Source of the DNA: Patescibacteria group bacterium
GTDB lineage: Bacteria > Patescibacteriota > Patescibacteriia > JBAZBY01
Direction of reading: 5' to 3'
NCBI GenBank assembly: GCA_041671225.1
Contig: JBAZBY010000001.1
Span: forward strand, 763,454 to 827,453
DNA length: 64,000 bases
Below, in pieces: positions 17,890 to 25,935 of this stretch. Positions within the stretch are counted from its first letter, which is position 1. Each line of letters starts with the position of its first letter. A model generated the notes under the pieces. The model searched no databases. It worked only from the letters and a program-made list of their open reading frames with translations, and had not been told where the DNA came from. A program made the translations under genes and the position numbers.

Positions 17890-19653
17890 ATGCGTATTTT
17901 CCGCTTTGTACTTCCATCAATTGTTCTGTGTTTGTTATTACTGCTGCCGTCTGCTGCGCATGCCGGTGAAAATTCTGAATATGGCGCCACGACCATTGCA
18001 ACAAGCAGGGGTGCGTTTGGTATCCATTATGTTCGCATCAGTCTCGCCAATCCCAATTTGCGCATATACTCTCTCACCGGCACTTCCGGGACTTGCACCC
18101 AGTGCGTCACCAAACCGCTCGCAAGCTATGTACAGGAGGTGAATGGTTTTGCCGGCATCCACGGGAGCTACTTTTGCCCGTCAGATTACGCGTCGTGCTC
18201 CGGTCAGGAGGGTTCATATTATTGGATGTGGTACAACACGCTCACCAAGATCATGGCCAATGCAACGCAGAATCAGTACAACACCGGCGGCTCGCTCGTT
18301 GCGTTCGATGCGAACAACACCGCGCACGTCTACCGTACCGCACCGGGGTTTGCGTCCAAGGATGCGTTTGAAGACCAGTACGGCGCCACATTGCAGGCAT
18401 TGTTCTCCAACGGTCCGGGACTCATCTACAATGGCGAGAACATCACCGAGACGTTCGGACTTGATGAAAAGCAGCGCACGGTGAAGGGTGCTCGCGGCGG
18501 CGTGGGGTTCAAGGGTAATGATATGTACTTGGTGATCGCATCCGGTGCGACGGTCATCGACCTCGGCGCCATCATGCAGACCATGGGCATGTCCTATGCG
18601 GTGAATCTGGACGGCGGGGGAACGTCTGCGCTTTGGTATGACGGCGGATATAAAGTGGGGCCGGGGCGCAACATGCCAAACGCCATCGTGTTCGCAGAAG
18701 CGGGCAGCGCCACGCCGGCACCCACTGCAGCAAAGGGCACCGGATTCTTTGCATACAGCGAGCAGCTCCGCGGCGGCTTTGATGTTGCAAGCGGGAACGT
18801 GACCGGGGACAGCGCGGATGAGATCGTCATGGGAACGAGCAGCGGGTTCGGGCCGCATGTGCAGGTGCTGAACGCCGAGGGCACAGTGCGCTCGTCATTC
18901 TTCGCGTTCAATGATGCGCATCGCAACGGCGTCCGCGTGGCGGTGTGTGATGTGGACAACGACGGCATTGGCGAGATCCTTGCTGCAGAAGGCCCGGGCC
19001 AGCTTCCGCGCGTGCGCATCTTCACGGCCGCGGGCGCGCTCATTCGCGAATTCCCCGTGCTTGACGGCCGCTTTACCGGCGGGGTGCATGTGTCCTGTGG
19101 GGACACGGATGGCAATGGCACGCCGGAGGTCATTGCTTCCGCAAGTCCCGGGGGCGGTCCGCACATCATGGTATACACCGCGACCGGGAAGGCAATTGTG
19201 AACTTCTTTGCGTATGACCCGTCATTCCGCGGCGGCGTGAACGTGATGGCAACGGACATCGATGGGGACGGTCATGATGAGATCGTCACCGGTCCGGATG
19301 TGGGCGCACCGCACGTGCAGATATTCCAGATACGTCCGGGCGGCGTGCACAGGCTTTCTCCGGGGTTCTATGCCTATGATCAGTCATTCCGCGGCGGCGT
19401 TGATGTTGCCGGTGCAGATCTGGATGGCGACGGCGTGCAAGAACTCATTGTTGCGCCTGGCACAGGGTTAAGCCCGCTCATCAAGGCATACACCATCCGC
19501 GAAGTGCTGACAGATTCCTTTTATGCGTTCGCACCAACCTTCCTTGGCGGAGTGAACATGGCCGGCGGAGATGTGAATGGGGACGGTAAAGATGAGGTGA
19601 TCATCGTGCCGCGCAGCGGCGGCGGACCGCAAGTGCGCAGCATCTCGCGGTAG
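17890..19653 (+). CDS. secreted phosphodiester glycosidase-family protein with C-terminal FG-GAP/VCBS-like repeats
   Basis: The signal peptide is MRIFRFVLPSIVLCLLLLLPSAAHA. The central glycosidase segment (GIHGSYF...VNLDGGGTSALWYDGG) is followed by six or more repeats of the DxDxDGxxEI form (DVDNDGIGEIL, DTDGNGTPEVI, DIDGDGHDEIV, DLDGDGVQELIV, DVNGDGKDEVII). Confidence 0.55.
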   Translation: MRIFRFVLPSIVLCLLLLLPSAAHAGENSEYGATTIATSRGAFGIHYVRISLANPNLRIYSLTGTSGTCTQCVTKPLASYVQEVNGFAGIHGSYFCPSDYASCSGQEGSYYWMWYNTLTKIMANATQNQYNTGGSLVAFDANNTAHVYRTAPGFASKDAFEDQYGATLQALFSNGPGLIYNGENITETFGLDEKQRTVKGARGGVGFKGNDMYLVIASGATVIDLGAIMQTMGMSYAVNLDGGGTSALWYDGGYKVGPGRNMPNAIVFAEAGSATPAPTAAKGTGFFAYSEQLRGGFDVASGNVTGDSADEIVMGTSSGFGPHVQVLNAEGTVRSSFFAFNDAHRNGVRVAVCDVDNDGIGEILAAEGPGQLPRVRIFTAAGALIREFPVLDGRFTGGVHVSCGDTDGNGTPEVIASASPGGGPHIMVYTATGKAIVNFFAYDPSFRGGVNVMATDIDGDGHDEIVTGPDVGAPHVQIFQIRPGGVHRLSPGFYAYDQSFRGGVDVAGADLDGDGVQELIVAPGTGLSPLIKAYTIREVLTDSFYAFAPTFLGGVNMAGGDVNGDGKDEVIIVPRSGGGPQVRSISR

Positions 19654-19656
19654 TTT

Positions 19657-19730
19657 TCTGTCATTCCCGCCCCGGCCTTCGCCGGGGTAAAATTCAGCGG
19701 GGATCAATGTATTCTGTCACCCCGAAAGCC
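19657..19730. repeat. interspersed palindromic repeat element (TGTCATTCCCGC...hairpin variant)
   Basis: ttctgtcattcccgccccggccttcgccgggg...ctgtcaccccgaaagc. It is a member of the family seen at 21947, 23836 and 25212. Confidence 0.55.
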
Positions 19731-19771
19731 TTTCTGTGGTATGATAGAGCAGGTTTCTTCTTCGAGGCATT

Positions 19772-21919
19772 ATGCTGAATCCAATGGTCACAGAGGCGAC
19801 AAAAACACGACGGAAAATCTCTCAACGCGTGAGCATGATGCTGGTGCTTGGATTCGGCGCGATGGCCGTTGCCGCGCTCGCACTCAGTATCCGTGCCATT
19901 CCGTCCGGCAAGTCCGCCGCACGCGTGGTCTCCGTGCATGAGCGTCTTGTAATTGCCGCAGAGAATATCCAGAATGCCGCAGCCGCTGGGCGCCAGAATG
20001 AGGCAGTGCAGTTTGCACAGAAGAGGCGCATGCTGCTGGCAAATCTTGCAAAGCGCAGTCCGCAGCAATTCCGCATTGAAGCCATCGCAACCGCGCCTGA
20101 CGGTGCATCATTGCCAGCGGACGTTGTGGCGCTCACGGAAACCGCGGAAACCCTCACCGGAACCGTCGCCCGGTATCTTTTTGATGACAGTGAAAACCAG
20201 ACTTCCGCTTTTTATACAACACTGCTGACCGATACAGGGGTGCCATATGTGATGATCGGCGAGGATGCCGCGCTTTCCGCGCTCGACACCGCGCAACGCG
20301 CGACCATCACCGGGATCGCGCTCCCGGCAAGCGATACGGAGGGCGCGTTGCTCATTCCCAATGCCGCAGATGGCATCACTGTTGATAAGGAGCTCCTCCT
20401 CACTGCGACTGCCGAGGCAGGCACGGTGAGAACCCAGCGCGTGCTCGCGCTGTTGATGACCTTCCACAACGACCACAGAGAACCCCGCACCCGCGAAGAG
20501 ATAAGTACGACGATGTACCAAGGACTCATCAGCCTCAGCCAGAGCGCGTATGATCGTATTCAGTTCACCTGGGAGAGCCCCGGAGATATCATTGGCTGGT
20601 TCGATGCGCGCGATGCATCAGGCGCGGTGGACCTGCCGACGGTCTGCCCGCCCGGAGGCGCGCTTGCATTCGCCGATGATCTGCTCTCCTGGGCACAGTT
20701 CGGCGCGCAGGATGCAACGGGAGAGAGCATCGATCTCTCACAGTATGACCAAGTGCTGGTCTTCAGCGGCAACGGGAGCCTTCCCTGCAGTTTGCCGACC
20801 GCCTTCACGCGCTATGTCGGCAATACGCAGCACTTCTTCAAGGGGATCTCGGATTTTCTGATCTCCCACGAGGTCGGGCACGGGCTTGAACCCGGTATCG
20901 GCGTGGATCATTATGATTTCTATGCGTGCCCGAGCACCGGCGGCACCCAACAGACATTCACGGATTCCTGTAATAAGGTGGATTACGGCGGCGTGTATAG
21001 CATCATGGGAATGCAGGCAAATGAACTTGGTGCCCAGCACAAAGAACGCCTCGGCATCTTTACCAATGAAGAGATCGCCATTGCCGATGCACCCGGGGTG
21101 TATCAGTTGGTGGGGATGAGCGATACCACAAAGCTGGGGTATCGGACGCTGAAAATCCCGCGGGTCTTCTATCCGCCGGATTTCAGCAATCCGCAATACC
21201 AAAATAAAGTGAGCGAATGGTTCTATCTTGAGTACCGGCCGCGTGTTCGCATGGACAGCACCGTCCCTGCGCAATGGGAAAACGGCGTGCTCGTGTATTA
21301 CAACAGAGCGTCAATACCCCGTTCGGAATCCAGTCTCTTGGATATGCACCCCTCAGGAACGGTGCCCGCAGGCGTCGGCGCAGCGCAGACGGCATTGCAG
21401 GATGCGGCACTCGCAACCGGAGAAAGCTGGACGGATCCGTTGGGCTCGGGCGTGACCATCACCACGCTCGGACTGAACGCCGCGGGATACATGCAGGTGC
21501 AGGTGAGTTATCCGGAGAAGACTGGCCATGGATGCGTTCTTGCTGCACCGACCATCGACGTCGGCAGCGGTTCTGTGATGTACGCGTCAGGCGCAACCGA
21601 GGTGAATATCGGCGCGCGCATCGTCAATAATTTTAAGGAGCAGGAAAACGGATATTGCCCGGCGAAGTTGACTGCGACGTTCACCAAGCCCGTCGGGTTT
21701 GCAGTGCCTTCAAATTCCTATTTAACGCAAACCATACATATTGCACCAGGAGAGAGCAGCTCCGTGAGTACCAAGCTCACGCCTCCCAGCCGTGGCAGTA
21801 CAACGCCATCACTGGTCCACATCACTGTCCAGCCGCTGGGAATTTCCGGGTATGCGGCAAGCGCGGATGTGTCCGTGAGCATGCAGAGCGAACCCACCCA
21901 GCACATCCAGCAGGAGTAG
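19772..21919 (+). CDS. zinc metalloprotease-like protein (HExxH), membrane-anchored or secreted
   Basis: An N-terminal TM helix (MMLVLGFGAMAVAALALS) is followed by the HExxH motif ISHEVGHGLEPG. Confidence 0.5.
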   Translation: MLNPMVTEATKTRRKISQRVSMMLVLGFGAMAVAALALSIRAIPSGKSAARVVSVHERLVIAAENIQNAAAAGRQNEAVQFAQKRRMLLANLAKRSPQQFRIEAIATAPDGASLPADVVALTETAETLTGTVARYLFDDSENQTSAFYTTLLTDTGVPYVMIGEDAALSALDTAQRATITGIALPASDTEGALLIPNAADGITVDKELLLTATAEAGTVRTQRVLALLMTFHNDHREPRTREEISTTMYQGLISLSQSAYDRIQFTWESPGDIIGWFDARDASGAVDLPTVCPPGGALAFADDLLSWAQFGAQDATGESIDLSQYDQVLVFSGNGSLPCSLPTAFTRYVGNTQHFFKGISDFLISHEVGHGLEPGIGVDHYDFYACPSTGGTQQTFTDSCNKVDYGGVYSIMGMQANELGAQHKERLGIFTNEEIAIADAPGVYQLVGMSDTTKLGYRTLKIPRVFYPPDFSNPQYQNKVSEWFYLEYRPRVRMDSTVPAQWENGVLVYYNRASIPRSESSLLDMHPSGTVPAGVGAAQTALQDAALATGESWTDPLGSGVTITTLGLNAAGYMQVQVSYPEKTGHGCVLAAPTIDVGSGSVMYASGATEVNIGARIVNNFKEQENGYCPAKLTATFTKPVGFAVPSNSYLTQTIHIAPGESSSVSTKLTPPSRGSTTPSLVHITVQPLGISGYAASADVSVSMQSEPTQHIQQE

Positions 21920-21946
21920 GGGTTTTTCAGCCAACGCGTGCTTTTC

Positions 21947-22014
21947 TCCCTCTGTCACCCTGAGGTTTCTTGCTCTGTCATTCCCGCGAAAGCGGGAATC
22001 CAGGAGTTGATTTT
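21947..22014. repeat. interspersed palindromic repeat element
   Basis: ctctgtcaccctgagg...ctctgtcattcccgcgaaagcgggaatccaggagttgatttta. Confidence 0.7.
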
Positions 22015-22041
22015 AGCCGGAAAATGAAGGATGATGAAGCA

Positions 22042-22785
22042 ATGAACGGTACACGGATCATATCACAGGAGCGGCGCAAATTTATTTCCCCAATGTTCCT
22101 GTTAATATTCATACAGGGGCTGCGGTTTCTCGTTGACGCACAGTATATCTGGGCGGGTCTGCTCATGGCCGCTGGCGTGCTTGGGTATATTGCATACAGA
22201 ATATATTGGAAGGATGCAGAGCCACATTTGCTGCAACAGATCGCACAGCAGTACCACCTCACCGTGCACCAAACGCCCTCGGTTCCAGAGGCCTGGCGAG
22301 AAACAGTCCTCATGACAACGCTGCGTCCGCGGAAAATGTATACGGCCGAAGGCACCATCGAGGGGCACGCTGTTGTGCTCGGTTTTGTGATGGGAACCCA
22401 TGAGAAACGTTCGTTGCTCAGCCGTAAGGTGCAATGGCGCGAGGATTTTTATATCGGCATACGGATCGCACAGGATATTGCGGGATGGCTCGTCGTGGAT
22501 CAGGGCATCCGTGATATTCAAGGCATGGGGACGCGCGTGCAATTGGAAAGTAATGACCTGCACAAGAAGGTGAGCGTTCTTGTTTCAAGTCCACCGCTTG
22601 CCCCGCACATCCTGGACCCGAACGCGATGGCGCTGCTGCTCGATTGGGAATTCTTGCCGGACGTTGAGATTCGGGATTCGCTCGTACTCCTGCGTCTGGA
22701 AATTTCCCGCTATCACCATCGCAAACTGGACTTCCATATCCACAACGCCCTCCGCCTTGCCGCGCAGGTCGAGCGGAATGTGTAG
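22042..22785 (+). CDS. hypothetical membrane protein
   Basis: N-terminal TM helices (FLLIFIQGLRFLV..., WAGLLMAAGVLGYIAY) are present. The listed ORF start at 21970 lies inside a repeat element, so the true start is probably further downstream. Confidence 0.4.
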   Translation: MNGTRIISQERRKFISPMFLLIFIQGLRFLVDAQYIWAGLLMAAGVLGYIAYRIYWKDAEPHLLQQIAQQYHLTVHQTPSVPEAWRETVLMTTLRPRKMYTAEGTIEGHAVVLGFVMGTHEKRSLLSRKVQWREDFYIGIRIAQDIAGWLVVDQGIRDIQGMGTRVQLESNDLHKKVSVLVSSPPLAPHILDPNAMALLLDWEFLPDVEIRDSLVLLRLEISRYHHRKLDFHIHNALRLAAQVERNV

Positions 22786-22792
22786 CATCCCG

Positions 22793-22822
22793 TGGAGTTG
22801 ATTTTACGGGGTAAATGGGGGA
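22793..22822. repeat. partial repeat element tail (GGAGTTGATTTTA...AAATGGGGGAT)
   Basis: It shares the 3' tail of the repeat family, including a pseudo-start ATGGGGGAT. Confidence 0.45.
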
Positions 22823-22887
22823 TTAAAGGAGCTGATTCTGTACAATATAGTGAATCTATGTCATTTTTTGTTTATATTCACTCTATA

Positions 22888-22916
22888 TTGACAAAATAGC
22901 GTGAATAGAATATACT
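22888..22916 (+). promoter_or_regulatory. promoter (TTGACA-17-TATACT) of the Fic gene with a flanking inverted repeat; leaderless start
   Basis: ATATAGTGAAT...ATTCACTCTATAT forms an inverted repeat around the -35 box. The ATG lies 7 nt after the -10 box. Confidence 0.5.
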
Positions 22917-22922
22917 GTCTAT

Positions 22923-23813
22923 ATGGCTACCTCCAATCCCTTTCGTCGTCGTATCAAAGAACTCAAAGAAGAGTTCGACCGTTTGCGTCCGGGCAAGGAA
23001 TCCTTGCTGAACATCATTGATGAAGCAGAGTTGCCGGAAAGCGTGTATAACTCGAACGCGATAGAGAATTCCACGCTGACACTGAAGGAAACCGAGAAGA
23101 TCCTTCTGCAAATGGAGCTTTCGCGCGAGGTGGACCTGCGGGAAGTCTTTGAAGCCAAGAACCTGGCACGCGTCATGGAATATGTCCGTGGCAAAGCGGC
23201 GCAGTCGGAGATCACCAAAGAGCTGATGCTTCTCCTGCACCAGATGTTGCTCCTGAACATCAAAGACGCCATTGCCGGGCGGTTCCGGCAAAAGGGCGAG
23301 TATGTCCGCATCGGTACGCATATTGCCCCTGCGCCAGAAAAGGTGGAACAGATGATTGATGCACTCTTGGTCGATTTTTCCAGCGATCAGGAAAGCTATG
23401 TGACAGACAAGATCGCCAGATTCCATTTGGATTTCGAGACCATCCATCCCTTTAACGACGGCAATGGACGCATTGGCCGCGTGCTCATGAATTTCCAATT
23501 CCTCCGCTTTGGTTTTCCTATGGTGGTCTTGCGCGATAAGGAGAAGCGAGCGTACTACCGCGCGTTCCAGGAATATGAAGGTACAAAGGCAACAAAGCCG
23601 ATGGAGCGGTTCGTTGTGCTCGCGCTCATTGAATCACTGCATAAGCGGGTGACATATCTGCGCGGTGAAAAGATCATCGCCTTAGCGGAGTATGCAAAAA
23701 TACATGCACAAAAAATGCCTGCATTGTTGAACGCCGCACGTCGTCAGACCATCCCAGCATTCCGCGAGCGCGGCGTTTGGAAGATCGGTGCGGAGTATAC
23801 GAATGCAGAGTAA
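22923..23813 (+). CDS. Fic-family protein (AMP-transferase) with an intrinsic inhibitory helix motif
   Basis: The Fic motif HPFNDGNGRIGR is present. An N-terminal SNAIEN matches the (S/T)xxxE(G/N) inhibitory motif. The ATG lies 7 nt after the -10 box, so the mRNA is leaderless. Confidence 0.85.
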   Translation: MATSNPFRRRIKELKEEFDRLRPGKESLLNIIDEAELPESVYNSNAIENSTLTLKETEKILLQMELSREVDLREVFEAKNLARVMEYVRGKAAQSEITKELMLLLHQMLLLNIKDAIAGRFRQKGEYVRIGTHIAPAPEKVEQMIDALLVDFSSDQESYVTDKIARFHLDFETIHPFNDGNGRIGRVLMNFQFLRFGFPMVVLRDKEKRAYYRAFQEYEGTKATKPMERFVVLALIESLHKRVTYLRGEKIIALAEYAKIHAQKMPALLNAARRQTIPAFRERGVWKIGAEYTNAE

Positions 23814-23835
23814 TACAATCGAGCGCCCAGCTTTC

Positions 23836-23898
23836 CCTCTCTGTCATTCCTCCCACTTGTCATTCCCGCGCATGCGGGAATCCAGGAGTTGATTTTGT
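23836..23898. repeat. interspersed palindromic repeat element
   Basis: tctctgtcattcctcccacttgtcattcccgcgcatgcgggaatccaggagttgatttt. Confidence 0.7.
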
Positions 23899-23905
23899 CT
23901 GCGCA

Positions 23906-24523
23906 ATGTTAGATGATGTCCCCATGCACACACCCATCACCGCCGCCATCTTTGATCTCAACGGCGTCTTTATCGTGAGTCCAAAACTGTCCGACCGCTT
24001 TGCGGAAGTCTATGGCGTGCCGCAGGAACAATTCCTGCCCGCCTTGCAGCATGTGCTGGATGTTGCGCGCATGCCGAATGCCGGCAGCAGCTTCGCACTC
24101 TGGAAGCCATATCTGGACCAATGGCATGTTGAACTTTCTGAGCAGGCGTTCTTCGATTTCTGGTTCTCAGCAGAGCAGGAGAACACGGCCATGATAGCGC
24201 TTGCGCGGGAATTAAAGGATCGTGGTATGCGGCTATTTGTGCTTTCCAATAACTTCCGCGAGCGCACGGAGTATTACCGCAGCCACTTCCCATTCCTCGC
24301 AGAATTGTTCACGTTTATATATTTTTCTTGGGAGCAGGGGTATGTGAAGCCGGACCCGCGTGCCTGGGAATGGCTCATCCAGAACACCGGCGTGGTTCCC
24401 AACGAGACACTGTATATGGATGACAAAGAGGAGAATTGCACCGTGGCGGCGAGTTTGGGTTTTTCGGTATTGGGAGCGATGGATACAGAGGAAATTCGGA
24501 AAGTGGTGGGGATTGAGGGTTGA
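23906..24523 (+). CDS. HAD-superfamily hydrolase
   Basis: AAIFDLNGVFIV is motif I. The listed ORF start (23777) lies inside the repeat element, so the ATG at 23906 (MLDDVPM) is preferred. Confidence 0.6.
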   Translation: MLDDVPMHTPITAAIFDLNGVFIVSPKLSDRFAEVYGVPQEQFLPALQHVLDVARMPNAGSSFALWKPYLDQWHVELSEQAFFDFWFSAEQENTAMIALARELKDRGMRLFVLSNNFRERTEYYRSHFPFLAELFTFIYFSWEQGYVKPDPRAWEWLIQNTGVVPNETLYMDDKEENCTVAASLGFSVLGAMDTEEIRKVVGIEG

Positions 24524-24536
24524 AAAAGTGGGGGAT

Positions 24537-25187
24537 ATGCGCGATGATTCCCCCATGCTTCTTCTCTGTTCAAACGGCCCGGTCGCCCTGAAAGCGATCC
24601 CGGGCATACTCGGCACACCCGTGCAGGATATCCGCCTGCTCTACGTGTTCACTGCCGCCAAGGTGGCACGGGACCGGACGTATCTTGGGCCGGTGGAGGC
24701 GTGTCTTCAAGAGATGCCATACCAGCTCCGCCGCTTTGATATCCAAGGGAAGACGGAGCAGGACATCGATGCGGCGCTTGCGGCCTGTGATGCCGTGTAC
24801 GTGGAAGGCGGCAATCCGTTCTTCCTTCTGCAGGCCGTTCGGGACAGCGGGTTTGCACAGGCAGTACAACGCTTTCTTGCACAGGGGAAGCTGTATGCCG
24901 GTGCCAGCGCTGGTGCATATATCGCATGCCCCACCATTGCCATGGCAACATGGAGAAAACCGGGGGATGAAAAACCGCAGCATGGCGTCACGGAGTATAC
25001 CGCGATGCACCTTGTGCCGTTCCTTGTTGTGGCGCATTACACCCCCAAGCGTGCGGATGACGTGCGGAATGGCATGCAGCACACCACGTTGCCGGTCCGC
25101 CTTCTGCAGGATGGCCAGGGTCTGTTGGTGAATGATGATGGCAGTGTGGAGTTTTTTGGAGAAGGGGAAGAGGGGCGGTTGGAGTAA
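24537..25187 (+). CDS. peptidase S51 (dipeptidase E/cyanophycinase-like) family protein
   Basis: The VYVEGGNPFFLLQAVRDSG...YAGASAGA core is S51-like. The start is chosen after the upstream gene, because the longer ORF (24360) overlaps it. Confidence 0.55.
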   Translation: MRDDSPMLLLCSNGPVALKAIPGILGTPVQDIRLLYVFTAAKVARDRTYLGPVEACLQEMPYQLRRFDIQGKTEQDIDAALAACDAVYVEGGNPFFLLQAVRDSGFAQAVQRFLAQGKLYAGASAGAYIACPTIAMATWRKPGDEKPQHGVTEYTAMHLVPFLVVAHYTPKRADDVRNGMQHTTLPVRLLQDGQGLLVNDDGSVEFFGEGEEGRLE

Positions 25188-25211
25188 GGTGCGCCCTCCT
25201 TTCTGTCATTC

Positions 25212-25335
25212 CCGCGTAGGCGGGAATCCATCCGCTCTGTCATTCCGGCCTTGAGCCGGAATCCATTCATTTACTTTACCCGCCGGAGCGAAGCGTAGGA
25301 GGGTTGATTTTAAGGGGGAAATGGGGGATGATGGA
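25212..25335. repeat. interspersed palindromic repeat element (two hairpin units plus tail)
   Basis: ctgtcattcccgcgtaggcgggaatcca and ctgtcattccggccttgagccggaatcca are followed by agggttgattttaagggggaaatgggggatgatgg. Confidence 0.7.
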
Positions 25336-25935
25336 TTTATGACTGAGGTCTATTCACTTATTAAGGGAGTTGTAAAGAAGATTCGCGATGGACTTTTTTT
25401 GGCATCTAGTAGGACGACCGGGGAACAATACATAGAACCCTTTATTCGCAAGAAATATAATCTTAAAGATCCGACGGGCAATGACTATGATGGGATGGAT
25501 CAAGCGGGAAAAAAATACGAGATTAAGACGTGCAAAGTTTTAAGGGAGACAGGAAACGACAAAAAAACAAAATCCATTCTAGATCGTATACTTTTTGAAA
25601 GTACAAATTTAGAAACGAAAAGGCTCGTGGTTTTTAGGGACCGCGAAACGGCAAAGTACTTAGCAAATGTTCAAAACGTCAAGAGGGATCATTTTGATTA
25701 TCTCATCTACGTTTTACTATTTGCGGACTGTGTGAAAATATTTTGGGCCAAGAGGGAAGAGATTAACACCAAAGATTTTTCTCGTTGGAGTGACAAGCAT
25801 GGTCGCTATGATGCACTTGGTAAGAGTGGTCAATTTGGGATAGATAAAAACAATATATGGTGGCATCTGCAGAATCATCTCAAAGACACTGTATCCTATG
25901 ATGAAATGAGAAAAGTGTATACTGAGCTCTCCTAA
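25321..25935 (+). CDS. putative type II restriction endonuclease (PD-(D/E)xK-like), cognate of the downstream methyltransferase
   Basis: A small AT-rich ORF joined to the methyltransferase by a TAATG junction. The candidate catalytic motif is D(YDGMD)...KYEIKTCK. Confidence 0.4.
   Translation: MGDDGFMTEVYSLIKGVVKKIRDGLFLASSRTTGEQYIEPFIRKKYNLKDPTGNDYDGMDQAGKKYEIKTCKVLRETGNDKKTKSILDRILFESTNLETKRLVVFRDRETAKYLANVQNVKRDHFDYLIYVLLFADCVKIFWAKREEINTKDFSRWSDKHGRYDALGKSGQFGIDKNNIWWHLQNHLKDTVSYDEMRKVYTELS

Noticed and set aside
15639-21630. Dozens of overlapping or antisense ORFs in the GC-rich secreted-protein block
   Set aside because: They have the composition-driven frames expected at high GC, with Arg/Ala/Pro-rich translations and no domain signatures. 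The long sense ORFs have signal peptides and recognisable repeats.
21970-22041. N-terminal extension MLCHSRESGNPGVDFSRK of ORF 21970, and ORF 25037-25270 (minus) with MDSRLRGND
   Set aside because: These peptides are read-through translations of the palindromic repeat element (HSRESGNP and DSRLRGND frames of CATTCCCGCG...CGGGAATCC), not protein-coding sequence.
24360-24536. Upstream 59-codon extension of the S51 peptidase ORF
   Set aside because: It overlaps the 3' end of the HAD hydrolase gene. The Met at 24537 gives a protein of typical length.
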